From Diplonema japonicum (lineage: Eukaryota; Protista; Euglenozoa: Diplonemea), in assembly GCA_964019335.1 (NCBI GenBank), contig OZ025680.1, positions 1-64,000 of the forward strand: a DNA stretch of 64,000 nucleotides, read 5' to 3'. The notes beneath the pieces are model-generated. The model saw nothing but the letters and a program-made list of their open reading frames with translations. It searched no databases and was not told the DNA's origin. Numbering within the stretch: position 1 is the first letter of the stretch; the number at the start of each line of letters is the position of its first letter. The translations under genes and the position numbers were made by a program. Shown here one piece after another: positions 17,809 through 31,840 of this stretch.

Positions 17809-18711
17809 TCTGTTTTTTTTTTTTTTTTTTTTTTTTTCTTCTTTTCTTCCTTTCTTTCTCAACCATACTTCACTACGATCTTTATCGAAACAGCTTTAGC
17901 AGGCACGGTTTTAGTAAGCCTGCAATCGACGACATCACCCACAACAAGAATTTGTCTCGGCTCACCAGGCCTCTTCTTCACACTTCTGTACGCAAAAAAA
18001 TGCTCTTCACCGCCATCTATCTTCAACTTCGGTGTCTCCCCGATCTGCACAACAGTTGCACGGAAGCGGTCCTTTTTTTTTTGTTTGTATTACATTTTTT
18101 TTTTTTTCCCCAAAAAAAGTGCTACCTTGCGACAGGGGTGTTTGGGGTTCTTCCTTCTAGCACGCAACTGCTGCACCTGCGGGCTGACAAAGGCCATCAT
18201 TTACCTGTAGAGGTTTCTGGTGTTGCATTGAAAACGAGCAAATAAAGCGAAACAAAAAAAGAAAAGAAGCTTGAACAAGATAGAGAAGCAATGCATCAAC
18301 AGTCGTGCTGCTTGCACCGCACTTGGGCACAGGGAGCAAGTGCGGGCAAATATTGAGAAACCAACTTCCAACAATGTAAAAGAATAAAAGGGGAAATATT
18401 TTATTGTGTATCACAGGACGAAAGAATTCCCTCCCAAATGTCCCCCCAAAAACATCTTATGGTGTTAAAAGCGATATTTGTTTTTGGGAGGCCAGGTTAT
18501 CAAGCCATTCCTAAGTTCCCTCCGTACTTCGGAGCAAACTAGCATCAAGATTTTCCTCAGAAGTGCGACCTTTTTATAAGAGGTTTACTCATGCACTGCT
18601 GTGATGATCTCACACTAGACTGCGAACACTAACGAAAGAAGGAACAAGGAAGGTTAGACGGCTTAAGCAATAGCAAGAAGCAAGAGTTAAAACGGCATAG
18701 GTTGGCAACCC

Positions 18712-21700
18712 TTATAATCTTTCGTGCAACGAGATACCCCACTGCACACTCCAAACAGATAGCGGCCTCATGTAGCCAAGAGACCTAAAAGACCCGTCGC
18801 ACAACCAGGCTTCGGGGGTGCTGAACCAGAAGCCGAACATGTTGTAGGCACCTTCATAGATGCCCTTTGCAGTATCAAAGCCCTCTCCGGTGAGACCCTC
18901 CATCAGCATGTGTGAGGCGACAGCGAAGGTGGTGCCCGTCCAGCACTCCATACTCTGCATGGACGATGTGTCAAGGGCACCATCGGGGCGCATGCCGTTC
19001 ACTGCACCGCGTAGCTTCGGGCCCTTGTCCCCCTGGTGTGCCTTCCACCCGAACTTCTTCACGTTGTATGTGTACACAGTCTTCAACGCCGTCTTTGCCT
19101 GACCATCCGGCAGCACAGACGGCAACCCGCATGCTTTAATGTACCATTCTCCGCAACACTGGTCGGCCATGATACTGTTGCTGTGCGACGTCTTTGACGA
19201 GTCATAGTTGTAGTACCCCTTTGGGTTCCACAGCTCTGAGTACACGGACTGCGCACGCACCAAGCACTTCTTGAATTCCTCGTGATCATCATTTTTCTTT
19301 AAAAGCAGTGCGGCCTGCTCTGCCACTCGCAACGCAGCCAGCCACAGCCCACCACAATAGGCAGTGACTCCCTTGGCCTCCCAAGCATCGTAAGTCTGAT
19401 CTGGCCACGGCTCGTTCTGTATCATGCCGCAACCTTCGGGGTCAAACGAATTGCGGCAAACGTGGAGAACTTTCTTGATTGCTTCGTACATTGATGCAAG
19501 GAATTCGAGGTCTTTCCCCAGGGCAATGTAGTCCCTGTAAACCATCAACACAAACTTCAGAGGGAGATCTTTCCACCTGGACGTATCGTGGATGTTGTAA
19601 ATGTTGGGCTTTCCCCATGGCTCTTCCGTAGGGCCGCCCACGTCGTGAGGTACACAGTGCTGAGCTTTTCTGATCCCCGTCGTCCCCGAGTGCAGGAAGG
19701 TTCTTGTATCGGTCCACTCCAGTAATACGCAGTCAGCGATGTCCCTTGTCACGGACTTCTCCAGTAAAGGAAACAGCATGGCTAAGGCGAATGAGGCATA
19801 GAAGTGCACATCATAAGTGTTGTGCATGCGGTATTCCATGCCTTCTAGATACAGCCAATGCCCTACGTGATCCTTGGCAGGATCTTTCGAGGGATGAATA
19901 CCGCCATCAACTGTCCATAAGCTGCCACCAGACGTGAGGAAATACGTTTCGTTAAATAGCAGTGCTTTGTACCACTCGGGCGTTGCTGGGTTATCCAGCA
20001 CCGGCTGTTGCCAGGAAGCTATTTTATCGCGCCACGTACCCCTCTCACGTAGTGCCAGCAGGGCCAGGGCAACTGAGGCCTTACCATCGCGGCCGTACCA
20101 CTCAGTATACTTCAAATGATATGAACGCGGGGATGCACCGAAATTCACAATAGGGAAGTCCCACGAGAGTGAAAAGCACATCTTTGCAGTTTTCTTTGGC
20201 GGTATTTTGACACGTGCAGCCACAGCACCCAGACCACCTTTGCTCCCAAGGGACGGGCCAGATTGGCGCGTCTGCTTACGGGGAAGCTTTCCCTTACGTG
20301 CGAGGAACTCACTATAGAGTGTGTCGAACGACTCCGCAGGCCACTCTGCACATGTGGAAACTTGCGGAGCACCAGTAGTGTATTCTCCAACAACACCTTC
20401 AGCAGCTAGTGCATACGAACCTGGGTGTCCTTCAATTGGGTGTGCCATATGAACACATGCAGCTTCAGAGACGGGTGCTGTGTGCTCGCCTCCCTTTAGC
20501 TGCTGGCTCAGCGTAGTTCCGTTATGTACGGTGAACATGATCGAGACTTCTATTTCCTGATCGCTCCTACAATATGAGTACTTTGGGTTTTATTACATAC
20601 AGGTTTTCTATTGTCCACTCAAAAGCCGAAGTCGGCAGCGATGAGTCTTTATAGTTGTTTGCTATCACGGGCGATATTTGCTCGCATGTAGCGAGGTACT
20701 GCGGCGATGTTGTGGACATCTGAGTGTAGAACGGTTTGAAAAGAAAAAAAAACACGCAAAGGAGAAGGCGGGCACTTTGGAAGAGAATCATGCAGCTGCT
20801 GGGAGTGCGGGACTATAGGATTACGATGTGAAGGCGAAGTGGACTCCGTCATAACGAACACTCTCAATCTTGACAAATGAAGGATCGGTATTGACGGAAA
20901 GGCAGGTACAGGACCTGGAGAACAGTTGGACGGCAAGAGCTGGTTCTACCAGCTAGGGGCGAGAGGACTGAAGAGATACTTTGCACTCATTTTAAAACAA
21001 ATATAGACCAGACCAGACCAGGCCACGAGACAATCAGAGAGAAAAAGATCTTGAACCAGACGATTTGAAAGAGCAATGACATAGCAAGTAGTGTACATGT
21101 AAGGACAAGAGAACAAAAGAGAAAGGAGGTAAAAAATTAAAAGTGCAATTTTAAGCGCCGCCCCCCATTCTCCAACCCTTGCCATACCTTCGTAGGCGTG
21201 TCATAAACGTGCCAAGCTCTAGGATACAACTGGTGGCTCTGTGCTTTTGTATCGGCCGAAAGGTACCTGAATAACATTACAACGACTGACGGCTGGACAT
21301 ACCTCACATTCTTTGTTTGGCTGTTGCTTGGCTTGGGCAGCAGCATGCATCCTGAGGTCTCATCCGCGGAAGAAGCGCAGATTGTGAAGCCAGTGTGTGG
21401 CGTATCGTCAGTGATGTACACCAAACCCGAAGGTACCTTCCCCGTACTGTACCTCCTGAACTCTCCGCGCCACCCCCTGCCCATTGCACCACAGCCAATG
21501 CCCCCAAGAGGCACACCATGCGTTGTGTCGTGTTGCCAATCGTTAAAAGGGTCCATAAACACATCCTTCCCTGTGCCACGAACACTCCTAATGTGCCTCC
21601 ACATCCTGAAGCCCAAAGGCATCAATGGAATCGTTTGGCAAGCTGTCGGTTTCAGCGGCTTCTTCCTCCTTGGGGGATTTGCCCAAAAGTTCCTCACCCA

Positions 21701-21781
21701 CGCTGCTGAAGGTATCGCCACTGAAGGTCTCAAACCACAACTTCCATCTTTTTCGTCATGTTGCGGGTTGTAGCCGCTCAT
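18712..21781 (-). CDS. GBA2: Non-lysosomal glucosylceramidase / GH116 beta-glucosidase, multi-exon
   Basis: GVPLGGIGCG..GRG.RGEF, QISP....YKDSSLP, LFNETYFL, YLEGMEY.M.NTYDVHFYAS, PHDVG, WKDL..KFVL.VYRD, PDQTYDAW and YMRPL. Confidence 0.93.
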
Positions 21782-21831
21782 TGTGCCTATGGGTGACAGG
21801 GTGAACATAGAGTAAATTAGTACAAAACCAT

Positions 21832-24774
21832 TTACTTCAGCTCTTTTGTGAGGGATGTAAGACACGATGTCTTAGCACCAATCATGCTTGTTGCGAACTT
21901 TTTAAGCCACTCAGCCACCCAAGCAGTGTCCTGCGGGAGGCCCTCAAAACATACAACAACATAGAAAAGAAGACCAATTCGTGACGTGAGGACAGTGTAT
22001 CCTGTGGGTGCCTTGGGAACATCCTCCAAAGGCTTGGAGGGGGAAGGGACGGGTGTGGGCACCTTGGCAAAGCTTGCATTGGATTCCAACTCGTCGCACT
22101 CTGCAACGCCTTCCCACCAGCCCTTGGGATCTACCTCGCCTTCAAGAAGATCCTTGCTCCCTGTGTCCTGAGTCACACCGCTCTTGGCTGCTTCTAACTT
22201 CGATGTCCATAACTACAACGTGGTGTACATATTCTTCTTTTGGAACATACTCGCTTTCTAGCCTCAGCATTCACCAATCGTGATTGCCGTGCCCTCTCCG
22301 TCAGTTGCTCATCCAGGACCTCTGTGACCACACTCGGTACCACAGTTACCTTCCCCGAGTCATAGAAGGGCATTGACGTGAGCAACGGCATTACTTTCTG
22401 GGGGAACTTCTGCTCTGGGTAGCTTAAGATACAAGGGAAGCCTCTCAGTCCGCTCAACGTCTCGTTCGTTTGCTCCTTCTGCCCGCATGGTAGATACTTT
22501 GGCAGCACTTTTCGCGTGGAGCTCAAGTTCAGAGAATGAGAGAACCCACTCGCCGTCGCGTTATAAAATACATTGAAACTTGGACGCAGCCCCGTTCTGG
22601 CAAAGGCCTCCTCCTGCATTGAGTCAATAGATTTCAGCACGTTGCTTAGCATTTCGCTTTCATTAGGTGCCAGCCTCCCCAAACCATTCCTCCTCACCTT
22701 GCCGCAAGCCGGCCACAAGAGCAGCAGGCTGGCGTCGTCAATGGTGCGCTTGATGCGTGTATAGTCGGCAGGTGCGTCGCGCTGCTCGTCAACAGGGCGC
22801 TGCAGCATGTGTAAGAACACCAGTGTAACCTGTAAAGGGTGATACAAATGGCATTACCATACCTTTCCGTATGCAGATGAATACAGGGAAACCAAGAACT
22901 GCATCAGCCTCAAGTGGGACCGCTTCTTCAAGGTTTCGGGGGGCACTCTGTCTTGCAATTGATCTAGTTTTTTCTTGGCCGTTGCTAGATGGACAACAGC
23001 GGCCGGGGCCTGTAGTCGATTTGCTTCCCACAAACACTGATGCACCGACTGTGTGTGTTAATGATTCCGAGTTCCACATACCAGTAGGTACTCCAGCTCT
23101 ACTTGCAACAACTGATGCAACTCCTTTTGGGCTTCTTTAGTTTCATCTTGCGGCTTCAGATCAGTCGCCAGCGTAAGCAAGCTTCGTATCTTAGGAATGG
23201 TATCTATGAAGTTGAACCCCTTTTCGTCTAGCTCTCTGTACAGAGAAACAAATTCGCATCGGAGAGAACAGTACTTCTGCAGTGCAATCGCGTGTGCACC
23301 AGGATCTTTCCCCCTGTTTTTGTCATCCATCATCCCAATAGTTACCAATTGCAAGCTCTTGTTGATCACGTTATACCTATGACATACGTACTATTTCCCC
23401 CCTTGTATACCTGGCATCGATGTCCAAGAGTGCTTTGGTCTTCTCGCTGCCCTTCGATGACGAAAGCAGAAGCTTGCCGTCAAAATACGCCTGCTCTACC
23501 ACGGCCAGCAGCTGCAAGGCCTTTCGGAACTCGCTTTGTTTTTTAGAATCGGCAAATTGCGATCCACTTCCCTTCTTGAACGCCGTTTTGGCATAACTAC
23601 CAGCTTCAGCATGCCTCAACTGGCTGATGAGATGCACATAGTTATCCATAGCATAGTAGCTGAGGTGAGGTTGCACCGGATACTAACTAATGCAGTGCGA
23701 TTTCTCATGTATACTATGTTAGAAGGAAGGGGGGCCAAAAAGATCGTCTAGTATTACATTCTTTGCTGGAGGGGGAGCGGGTACTGGAGGTGCTGAGAAG
23801 TTTGTTTCGCCGAATTGTATCTCCCACTTCGGCGCTTCAGTGGGTGCCACTTCAATACCCCAGTCATCTACGGGAGCTGCGGGTGGTTGTTGGACTGGGG
23901 CGTGGGGGGAGGTTGTAGAGGCAGGAAACTGCATAGGTGCAGGCGCGGGGTCAGGAGTAATCTTGTGAGAGGGCGCAGGAGCAGGAGCAGGAACAAGTCC
24001 CGGGGACTTTTTCGCCTTCTGGCTACTGGAGGCAACTCGTAAAGCAATTTGAGATTTCTTCCCCTTTGCATTCACGATGGCCTGTGGGGTGCTGTTCGTA
24101 TGACTACTAACTGCATACCCTCTTTAAATCAAACGCCGTATGCACGTGTCCCCCATCGATAGTGGTCAACACTCCCAGCGGCACGCCTGCCTTTGCGGCA
24201 ATGCTTCCGGGCGCGACGTGCACGAGGGTTACTGCACCGCCTTGAATCTCACAATCAATGCCAAGTTCCTCTCCTTCCTTTGGCACAGGCACGATGAATT
24301 CCTCCCCCTTTGGATGCATGGGTGGCGGTGATGTGCATACCTGACTAACTGTCGCACGCTTGGTGGAGCATTTGTCGCAGACCTTTGCGAAAGCGCTGTT
24401 TTTAGTAGAACAAAAGTGACACGTCCACTCACCTCGTTTCTGTGATGCATAACAAGTGTTTTGTCGCATACTGTTACAGTTGTGGGTGCTTGCGTTGAAG
24501 CAGAAGTGCTTGTGTTGAGCTTTACTTTCGCAATGTCATTACAGGTGCTGCACAAGAATCCCCGCATCGTCTGATCGAAGAGCAGCTCCAACTTCCTCGT
24601 GTCATCCAACTCAAACCGCGATGTCTCCATCGTGCTTTCGCACACACAGCATGCTCTGCGGTACTCCAAGTCATCAAGTCTCTGAATAATGGTGTCAACG
24701 CGGCATTCACATACCTTTTGTTCTCTCTCTAACTTCTTCTTTTCTTTATCACGTTCACCGAGGAACATCTGCAT
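21832..24774 (-). CDS. Hypothetical multi-exon protein with a Cys-rich zinc finger, a RanBP2-type zinc finger and a PDZ-like domain
   Basis: CCVC...CSTC, WTCHFCSTKNSAFAKVCDKC and ELGID...VHVAPGSIAAKAG. The ORF pieces can be joined by short GT-AG introns. Confidence 0.7.
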
Positions 24775-24887
24775 TTTCCCTTCACCCTGAAAGAACTATC
24801 TGAGTCTTGATGCAAAGATATCATGGGTACAAAACAAGTGCAACGTGACCACTATGCATCGTGTACAGCTTCTTGCTTTACATTCCA

Positions 24888-25926
24888 CTACAAGATCTCT
24901 CGGAAAGGCTTGATCAGCGCTTCGAGGCCTTCAATAAAGTTTGTGTCGATCCGGTCAGGGGAGGTGGGTGTAAAGTGCGCGAGGTCGATAACCTGCATGG
25001 TTAAAGGTGTCATGATTATATTATTATACCTTCAATATACATCTCCCTTTGGGACGCATTTCGCGTGCCAAAAACAGGGAGGCTGCCCTGAGAACACCAC
25101 CGTAACCTGCTTTCATGACCTCTAAGAGAGAGCAAAACTCTTTCAGGAAGTACTCAACAGCCTCTCTGTCCAACTCGCTTGCCCCGTCACTCACTTTGAA
25201 GAAGTTCATCAGCCCGAGCATCTTAAACTCTTCCGGCGTGAGTCCGCCCCTTGCGGTGATATCGTAGTGCAGCAGCGACGCAGACCCCGCCTTCATTCCC
25301 ACCATGCGGAACCCAAGGTCTGAACACTTGCCCGGCATGGTCTTTCGGGACTCGCGGGCCTTCTTCTCCTCCGAAGCGTGGTCGTCGTATGTCTTCCTTC
25401 CCATCTTGATGTCGGCAGTGGCCACTGTCCCTTCGAGCTCATGAGTGATGTTCTCAATCTCCAGATAAGTGTCGCCGTTGTGTGTTCTCACACCATAAAA
25501 CAACGGTAGAAACCGCGCAAACCGGTCGTGGCAGCTGAGCGTGCGAAATCCATTCACCTCCACTTGGGCTTTCTTCGCGTTTTGATACGGCTTCAGCAGC
25601 CTTCCTTCGCTGTTGACAAGTATGTCGCCGTGCTTGTCTGTCCCCGAATCGTTCTTCACATTGAGCTTCTCGATGGCCCCCCACCCTTCCTGCATGCACC
25701 GTCGAACTATGTGCACACGCATGCCAGCCGTGCGGCCTGCAAACGTGGTCTGCACGCTAGCCACTTCATCTCTCGCATCCATCAGACCCCTACAAACGGT
25801 GAGCACTTGCTCCACGTTGTGCTGCGTGCATTCGATAAATGCTGTGCCTTTTTTTTCCAACAGCTCCTCTACCTTCACCACGTACGTCGCACAGTCTGCA
25901 TTCTTTATTTTTATTCGCACACTCAT
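24888..25926 (-). CDS. Inositol polyphosphate kinase family protein with a small N-terminal Alba-like domain
   Basis: YLEIENIT, ADIKMGRKTY (DxKxG), LGFRMVGM, ASLFL, and VIDLAH...DTNFIEGL after one intron. Confidence 0.85.
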
Positions 25927-26026
25927 AACTGGGATAAACTGAAAAGCAGCAAAAACAGATAAACGAGGCTTTTATATTTACTGTGGATGTACAAGTCTGT
26001 ATTTACGCTGTCGTGTATTATACATG

Positions 26027-29000
26027 CTAGCTCAGAGACATGGGCGTTTTTGGTGAACGGGGGCTTAGCCCACCCCTACTTGGGCTTAATGGTCTCATTG
26101 GGCTCGATGGTTTTTTACTAGGTGGTGGTGACATTGGAGAGCCTGCACGGGGTGTGCCCTTGGGGTCGCGTGGGGTTCCTCGTGGGACACGCAGTGGGGC
26201 AGGCCTTCTGGAGCCATGACTTGGGGAAGCTGCTGCTCTAGGAGACTGCGCGCCTTTGGGGGATTGCGCTGCTCTTGGGGAGAGACCTTCATGGTGCATG
26301 GTGCTGGCTCGTGTCGAGGAGACGGTACTTATGGCTTCCTCAAAGTGGTTGAGCTTTCCACGCCGCTTCAATTCATCATAATACCCATCGCGCCACTTCT
26401 TCAGAACAGAAGGCATTGTCTCACGGTCCTCAGGCTTTGAGTCTTTGTCGCCGCATGTCATCTCCTCTTGGATTTCTTCCTGCACAATCCCGCCCATGCT
26501 CTCCGTGAGATGCCTCTGCGTAGTCTTGGACACCTTCTCGATCATCCACTCCGTGAATTTCTGAGGTTAAAAATAATATTATGTTTCCAACATACCAGCT
26601 TGGGACCACCGCCACTGAAGTTCCTATCCCTCGTTTCAGCTAGTTTTGTAAATGTTTCTGTTATCTGGTGCAGTCGGCGAGTCTTTGCGGGGTTATGAGT
26701 ATTTTAACAGCATACCTGATACATCCACCACTTTTCGATGTCTTGCTTGTTATCAGGTGGCATGGCCGCCATCTCGTTCATGAGCTCCTCAGTGGTAGGA
26801 TCCCTGACAGCAAGTAATGGACTACTGGTTTGCATACCTTCCGTATTTGAGACGCAGCCTTCTGAATGTATCTTGCCGCGACTCCTCTTTATATTTCTCC
26901 TGTTGTCTCAGGAACATCTGACGCATTTTCTGTTCCAACCTACACGAAGATAAGAGGTCAACACGAGACATACTCCTTTTCCTGCTGCTCCTGCTGCTCC
27001 TTCACTGTTTTACCAGTCTGAGTGACCGCTTCCACCTCCCTTTTCCAGAAATGATGGAACTGAAGCACTGATCTGAGCAGCTTAGATGGCTCACGGTGCA
27101 TATACTATAGAAATAGGTAGGTAAACAATACCCCGAGCATACCATCGCGGGTTCCCACACAAGTGAGTCGACGAGCAGCTTGAAGTCGTTCCCGAAGTGG
27201 TCCATCAGGATATCATCGAGCTGCCTCGATATGAGCCTGCACTTGTCCGTGAACGGGTACGTTTGCATGTTGTCACGCATGTCGTCGAGTCTCATGCTCC
27301 AATAGATCCTCGGATTCCGTCTATCAGTGGACCGTTTCTTAGCCTGCCACACCTCATCCGACTCATCGTACTGGCCTGATATTAACAGGAACTGCAGGTA
27401 ACTCCTCCTGAACCACCACATCAGCTCCTTCATCAGCGGGTTGCTCGACAGGAATCTAACCACGATCTGTATTTCCTTTTTATCAAAGCAACGTGTACAT
27501 ACATGCTTCTTATTCTGGCTCCCTTGGGTGTCAAACTCAGGGTCGTCACTGTTGGACATCAATGCAAGCAGTTTAGATGGTGTATATTTCTCTTCCTGTT
27601 GATAACGGTTTGAAGTTGGGTGGGGAATACCTGAACTTTGCCGAACGCATCGTCCAAGATGGCGATGACCATGTTCAGTAAGATGAAGACGGCCAGTGCG
27701 TTATACAGCGCGAAGATGATGGGGGTCATGATGCGTCTCTCGATCAATAGCTCTTTGAAGTCGAAGTCTCCCAGCAGCATCCTACATAAGCTGATGACAG
27801 TTTGGGGGAAGTCACGGAAGTCTTCCAAAGCAAGGCCGTAGACGACAAAGGCGACAAGGGAGAAGGCGATGAAGACGATGATGAATATGATGACAATCCC
27901 GAAGAGGTCCGACGACGCCTTCTGCACCGTCTTCGTGAGAAGGTTGAGCTGTGGATGAAGCTGCAAGAAATAGAAGATCCTGCAGAACGTGAATAACCCG
28001 TTTCCAGCAGAGACAAAGGCCCCCATCTGGCCCTGCCATGCGATCTCTTCGTACCCGTCGGGGTAATAGCTCGTCTGCAGCACGGACTTCAGCTGTGTAT
28101 CCCACGATAAAGCAGTGAAGTACCATGCTGTGATGAAGAGCGAGAGGTTCACGAAATCGAAAGCTACCCAGAAGCCGAAAGACGCCCAGACGGCTTTTAA
28201 GGTAGTCCCCAAGCCCCACTCGCCCTTGACGTGCCGTTGCACTTCGCTCACAAAGCTATGCACCCAACTGAAAATATATATTGTGATGTACAAGTAATAC
28301 ACGGCTACGAAGAAGAAGTACACAGTGTTGTGCGAATCAGAGTCGAACATCTGGAAGGAGATAAACTGCTTCACAGGTATCCAGGTGCCTGTAGCGGTCA
28401 CCTCTACTAAAAATTGCGAGAAACTGAACAAGTTGACGTTTTTGCAGTAGAAGATGAGATCGAAACTGATAGCACGTGTTTGTGCATCGATCCAGGGCAC
28501 CTTCTTCTGGATAGTCCTCCCGTTTTCGTCGGTGTGCGTCATTTGAATGCCGTTCTTCATGATTCCAATGGCCTGTGACGCCTTATCCTTTGTCCAGTTG
28601 AAGGGGAGTACCATCCCATGGCCATCGCATGAATATGGTCCGAGCTTCCCCAACAGATAAATACCATCACTGCTGTTGAATTCGCTACATGAGTGGTACT
28701 GGTAAGCATCCAGCACGTAGCGTTCCTCAGGCAGGATGCCTGTATTGTTGTCGTAATACACCCGGTCTATGAACATAGGCGGGAGTGACGTTGTGTTCTG
28801 CAAGGAACCTGCCCAGCCGCTTGGGTTCCTCGGATCATTCATGCTGTACTTCACAACACCATCGTGCAGACTTGACGTAATGGCGTAGGGCCCCTTATCT
28901 ACCTTAGGACACCCCTCGGTGTCAATGCAAACACCGTGGTGCTTGAAGTGCAGCTCAGGAAAACACACAGGACTGAAGTCCATTTGTCTGCTTCGTATGT

Positions 29001-29893
29001 ACTCCACACCGCCAGGCATATTCAAGAGCTCTTCTACGTTGTTGCTGAAGAGTCTTGTTTGCTGTTCCGGGCATTCCCTCGACTGCACCCGCAGCTGCCG
29101 CATTTTCAGTGCACCGACCGGCATAAGAGCGGACTGCACTAGTTCGTGAGCATTACTACTCCCGTCGTCACCGCTCCACAGGCCCCCTAGAAGGGGGCCT
29201 TCTACAAATTCCCAAAATTCTCCCTCGCTACCGATATCCCAGTACGTCTTCACGAACCGGAGATCGTCGCTGTTGTCAAATTCTTGTCCAAGGAAAAAGT
29301 CGTCGATGTTGTTGTTCATCCAGTACCCCACGCCAAGACCCTTGCCTTGTACCAGGAAGTACGCGAAGAGGAACACAAAAGGTATATACGCAAAAAGCGC
29401 CAGGGAGTCGATCGCCTGCGGTGTGTTGCTATAATAGTATAAGTGACCATACCATTCTCTTCTGATATTCACAGTATTGCACGTCAAACCGTATATTGTT
29501 GTCTATCTCGTGGTACCTGATGAATGCCTCAACATCAATATGTCGAAGGTGCTTTATGTGATCAAGCGTTCTCTGTGATTGGGTCCTAATGAAGATAATG
29601 CAACATACATGCAGCTCTTTCAACGTCTGGTCGTTCATCCCCTTCCCCTCAACGCCTTCTACATCAGGCTCCGTGTCAAGCACGTTGGGTCTTTTTATAT
29701 CAAACACCCATTCTCTGAATGTGTTCCACGGCACCTTTGGGTACCTCTCTCTCTTCGGTTCGTAGTACCTGTGCATGAACGATGCTTTCTCGTCATCTAC
29801 CTCCATCTGCTCCGGCCGCTCTCGCATGTCTTTCCGCCATGTTTTGTATCTTTTCCTCAATTCTACGAAGTCCTCTCTGGTGAAGAGGTTCAT
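26027..29893 (-). CDS. Polycystin-2 (PKD2/TRPP)-like cation channel, multi-exon
   Basis: MRQLRV, WIDAQTRA...NVNLF, six transmembrane segments, RMLLGDFDF pore and LLNMVIAILDDAF. Confidence 0.88.
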
Positions 29894-29992
29894 TTATATT
29901 TTAATTTTATCGTGTACACCTTTGATCTAAAATCTTATTTCCTTTGAAGTCCTGTAATTGCGAAAAGGATAAAAGAAACAGAAAAGACAATT

Positions 29993-31058
29993 TTATTTAA
30001 CAGGTACACGGGTGACAATCCTCTTTCTAAACATGCTCCGTTCCTTTTCATTGTATATATGCCGCTCTCTGATGGACTCGGCTAGCTTTTTCTCTTGCTC
30101 CCGTTTGGTCCTCCTGTCTGAAGCATCCCTGAACAGCCTCGTGGAAGCCCCTTCAGGGTTTGGTTTGGCAGTCTCGGTGTTCACAGCTGGAGTGTAGGTG
30201 TGGGTTTCCTCCCTTACCCTGGATTTTCTGGTAGACGGCTTGTACTGCTTGTTCCACCAGCTGACGTTGCCTGCTTTGGATGCCAAATCGTATTCGTGAA
30301 TAATGGGCTTGAACCTGTTCTCCATTGGTATAGCCTCTAATTCGTCTTCACCCAGCCTACGGTCGGCATCGATGCTTGCAGCTCTCTTATTCAACTTGCT
30401 TTTGGTCCTGTGCCATTTCTTCCCATCTTTGTACAGCCTGCTCCATGGATTGCCCTTGCTGGTAGGGGACGGTGCTGGCGACGGCGACTCAGTAGAGCTC
30501 CTCCCTGCGCTTCCTACACTGTTGTGGCGGCAAGGTCTGCTCGGTCTGGGGTGCACCTTTGCGGGTGTTGGCGCGGAGTGCGACCGCTTTGGCCTGATAG
30601 GTTTCGGAGGGTGTCGCACTGCTAACACGGCTAGCTCCTCACGTAGCACTTCAGGGTCAGGCACCCCATCACTATACAACCGATCCCATATCGTACCATC
30701 TTGTGGCATGTGCACCTTCTTCTTTCGTGCTATACTCACTGTCTTCTTCCTTGGAGGGCTTAGGTACTCCAAGCTTCTGCCCCTTGGTGAAAGGGAACGA
30801 GATTCAGGTGCTGATATTACAGTGGGAACACGCACAGGTGATGTTAATGGGATAGAGTCAAGACGCGTTGGAGAGGGAGACGAAGTTCGATTCCGATACC
30901 TATTGGAAGGAGAGATGCTACGCATGGGGGTCATTGGGCTGTGACATTCTTGCCTACCTTGCGGTGAGAGAAGCGTTTGCAACCACTTCTCCTTTTCATC
31001 TACGAATCTTTCCGATTTCTGTTCATGCGGGAGCCGGAGAAGCGCATCTAATTTCATG
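29993..31058 (-). CDS. Hypothetical Ser/Pro/Arg-rich protein with repeated W(D/S)RLY motifs
   Basis: Long ORF on the cluster strand containing IWDRLY, PWSRLY and STRLF. Confidence 0.7.
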
Positions 31059-31276
31059 CTCTCCTTGTGGGATGGTGAATGGTACAACACAAAAGGAGGA
31101 AGGAAACGTGAAGCGGAAAAAATGAGAAAATAAAATAAAGGGTAAAAAGAAACGAGAAAAGGGATGCCAAACCAACACTATCGGCATTCTCATCAGTAGT
31201 ACACGATCCTATCAAACAGGTTGTGGAAAGAGATGACCCGCAGCCATCGAAAAGTGCCAAGTATTAAACATCTTAA

Positions 31277-31840
31277 CTAAAACTGGTCTTCTTCGGGGGC
31301 TGCCCCAACAGGGCGGAGGCGGCGTTGCTGTGAAGATTGATAAGGTGGTGGTGTACATACCTTGCTTGTGGGAGGTGGTTGCTTGTTCCTTTTACGGGCT
31401 GGCGGTGGGGGCGGCTGAGTGCGTGAACGTCCTTGGCGTTGAAGGTGTTGTGGCAGCTGGTCGGGGTGCTGTGGGTGTGCGTTTGTGGGCCAACCCGAAG
31501 AGGAGATGATGGGGGGGTTGATCTGGTCGTTGATGGCAGCCATCTGCTGCTTCAGCTGCTCTAGCTCATTCTCCAAATTCGTTAGATGGTTTGCATTCCT
31601 CTTCCTCTTCCTGATCACGACTCTTCTCCGGAAACCTAATCTTGTCATCCACCTGTTCCAGCATTTCTTTGTCTCTTGACTGCCAAGGTTCTCACGCACA
31701 GACTTCACCGCACCAGACAAGTACATGTAGTAAATGTCACCCATGAGATGTCGGGCTCCTGAGCAAACCGTGCCTGTCGTGGACGCTATCGTGCTGCACC
31801 TGCAACGGGGGGTTTGGATTCCTTGCTTACAGCATACCAT
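31277..31840 (-). CDS. Hypothetical protein (coiled coil plus Pro/Gln-rich tail)
   Basis: 187-aa ORF on the cluster strand; start uncertain. Confidence 0.5.
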   Translation of the reverse strand: MVCCKQGIQTPRCRCSTIASTTGTVCSGARHLMGDIYYMYLSGAVKSVRENLGSQETKKCWNRWMTRLGFRRRVVIRKRKRNANHLTNLENELEQLKQQMAAINDQINPPIISSSGWPTNAHPQHPDQLPQHLQRQGRSRTQPPPPPARKRNKQPPPTSKVCTPPPYQSSQQRRLRPVGAAPEEDQF

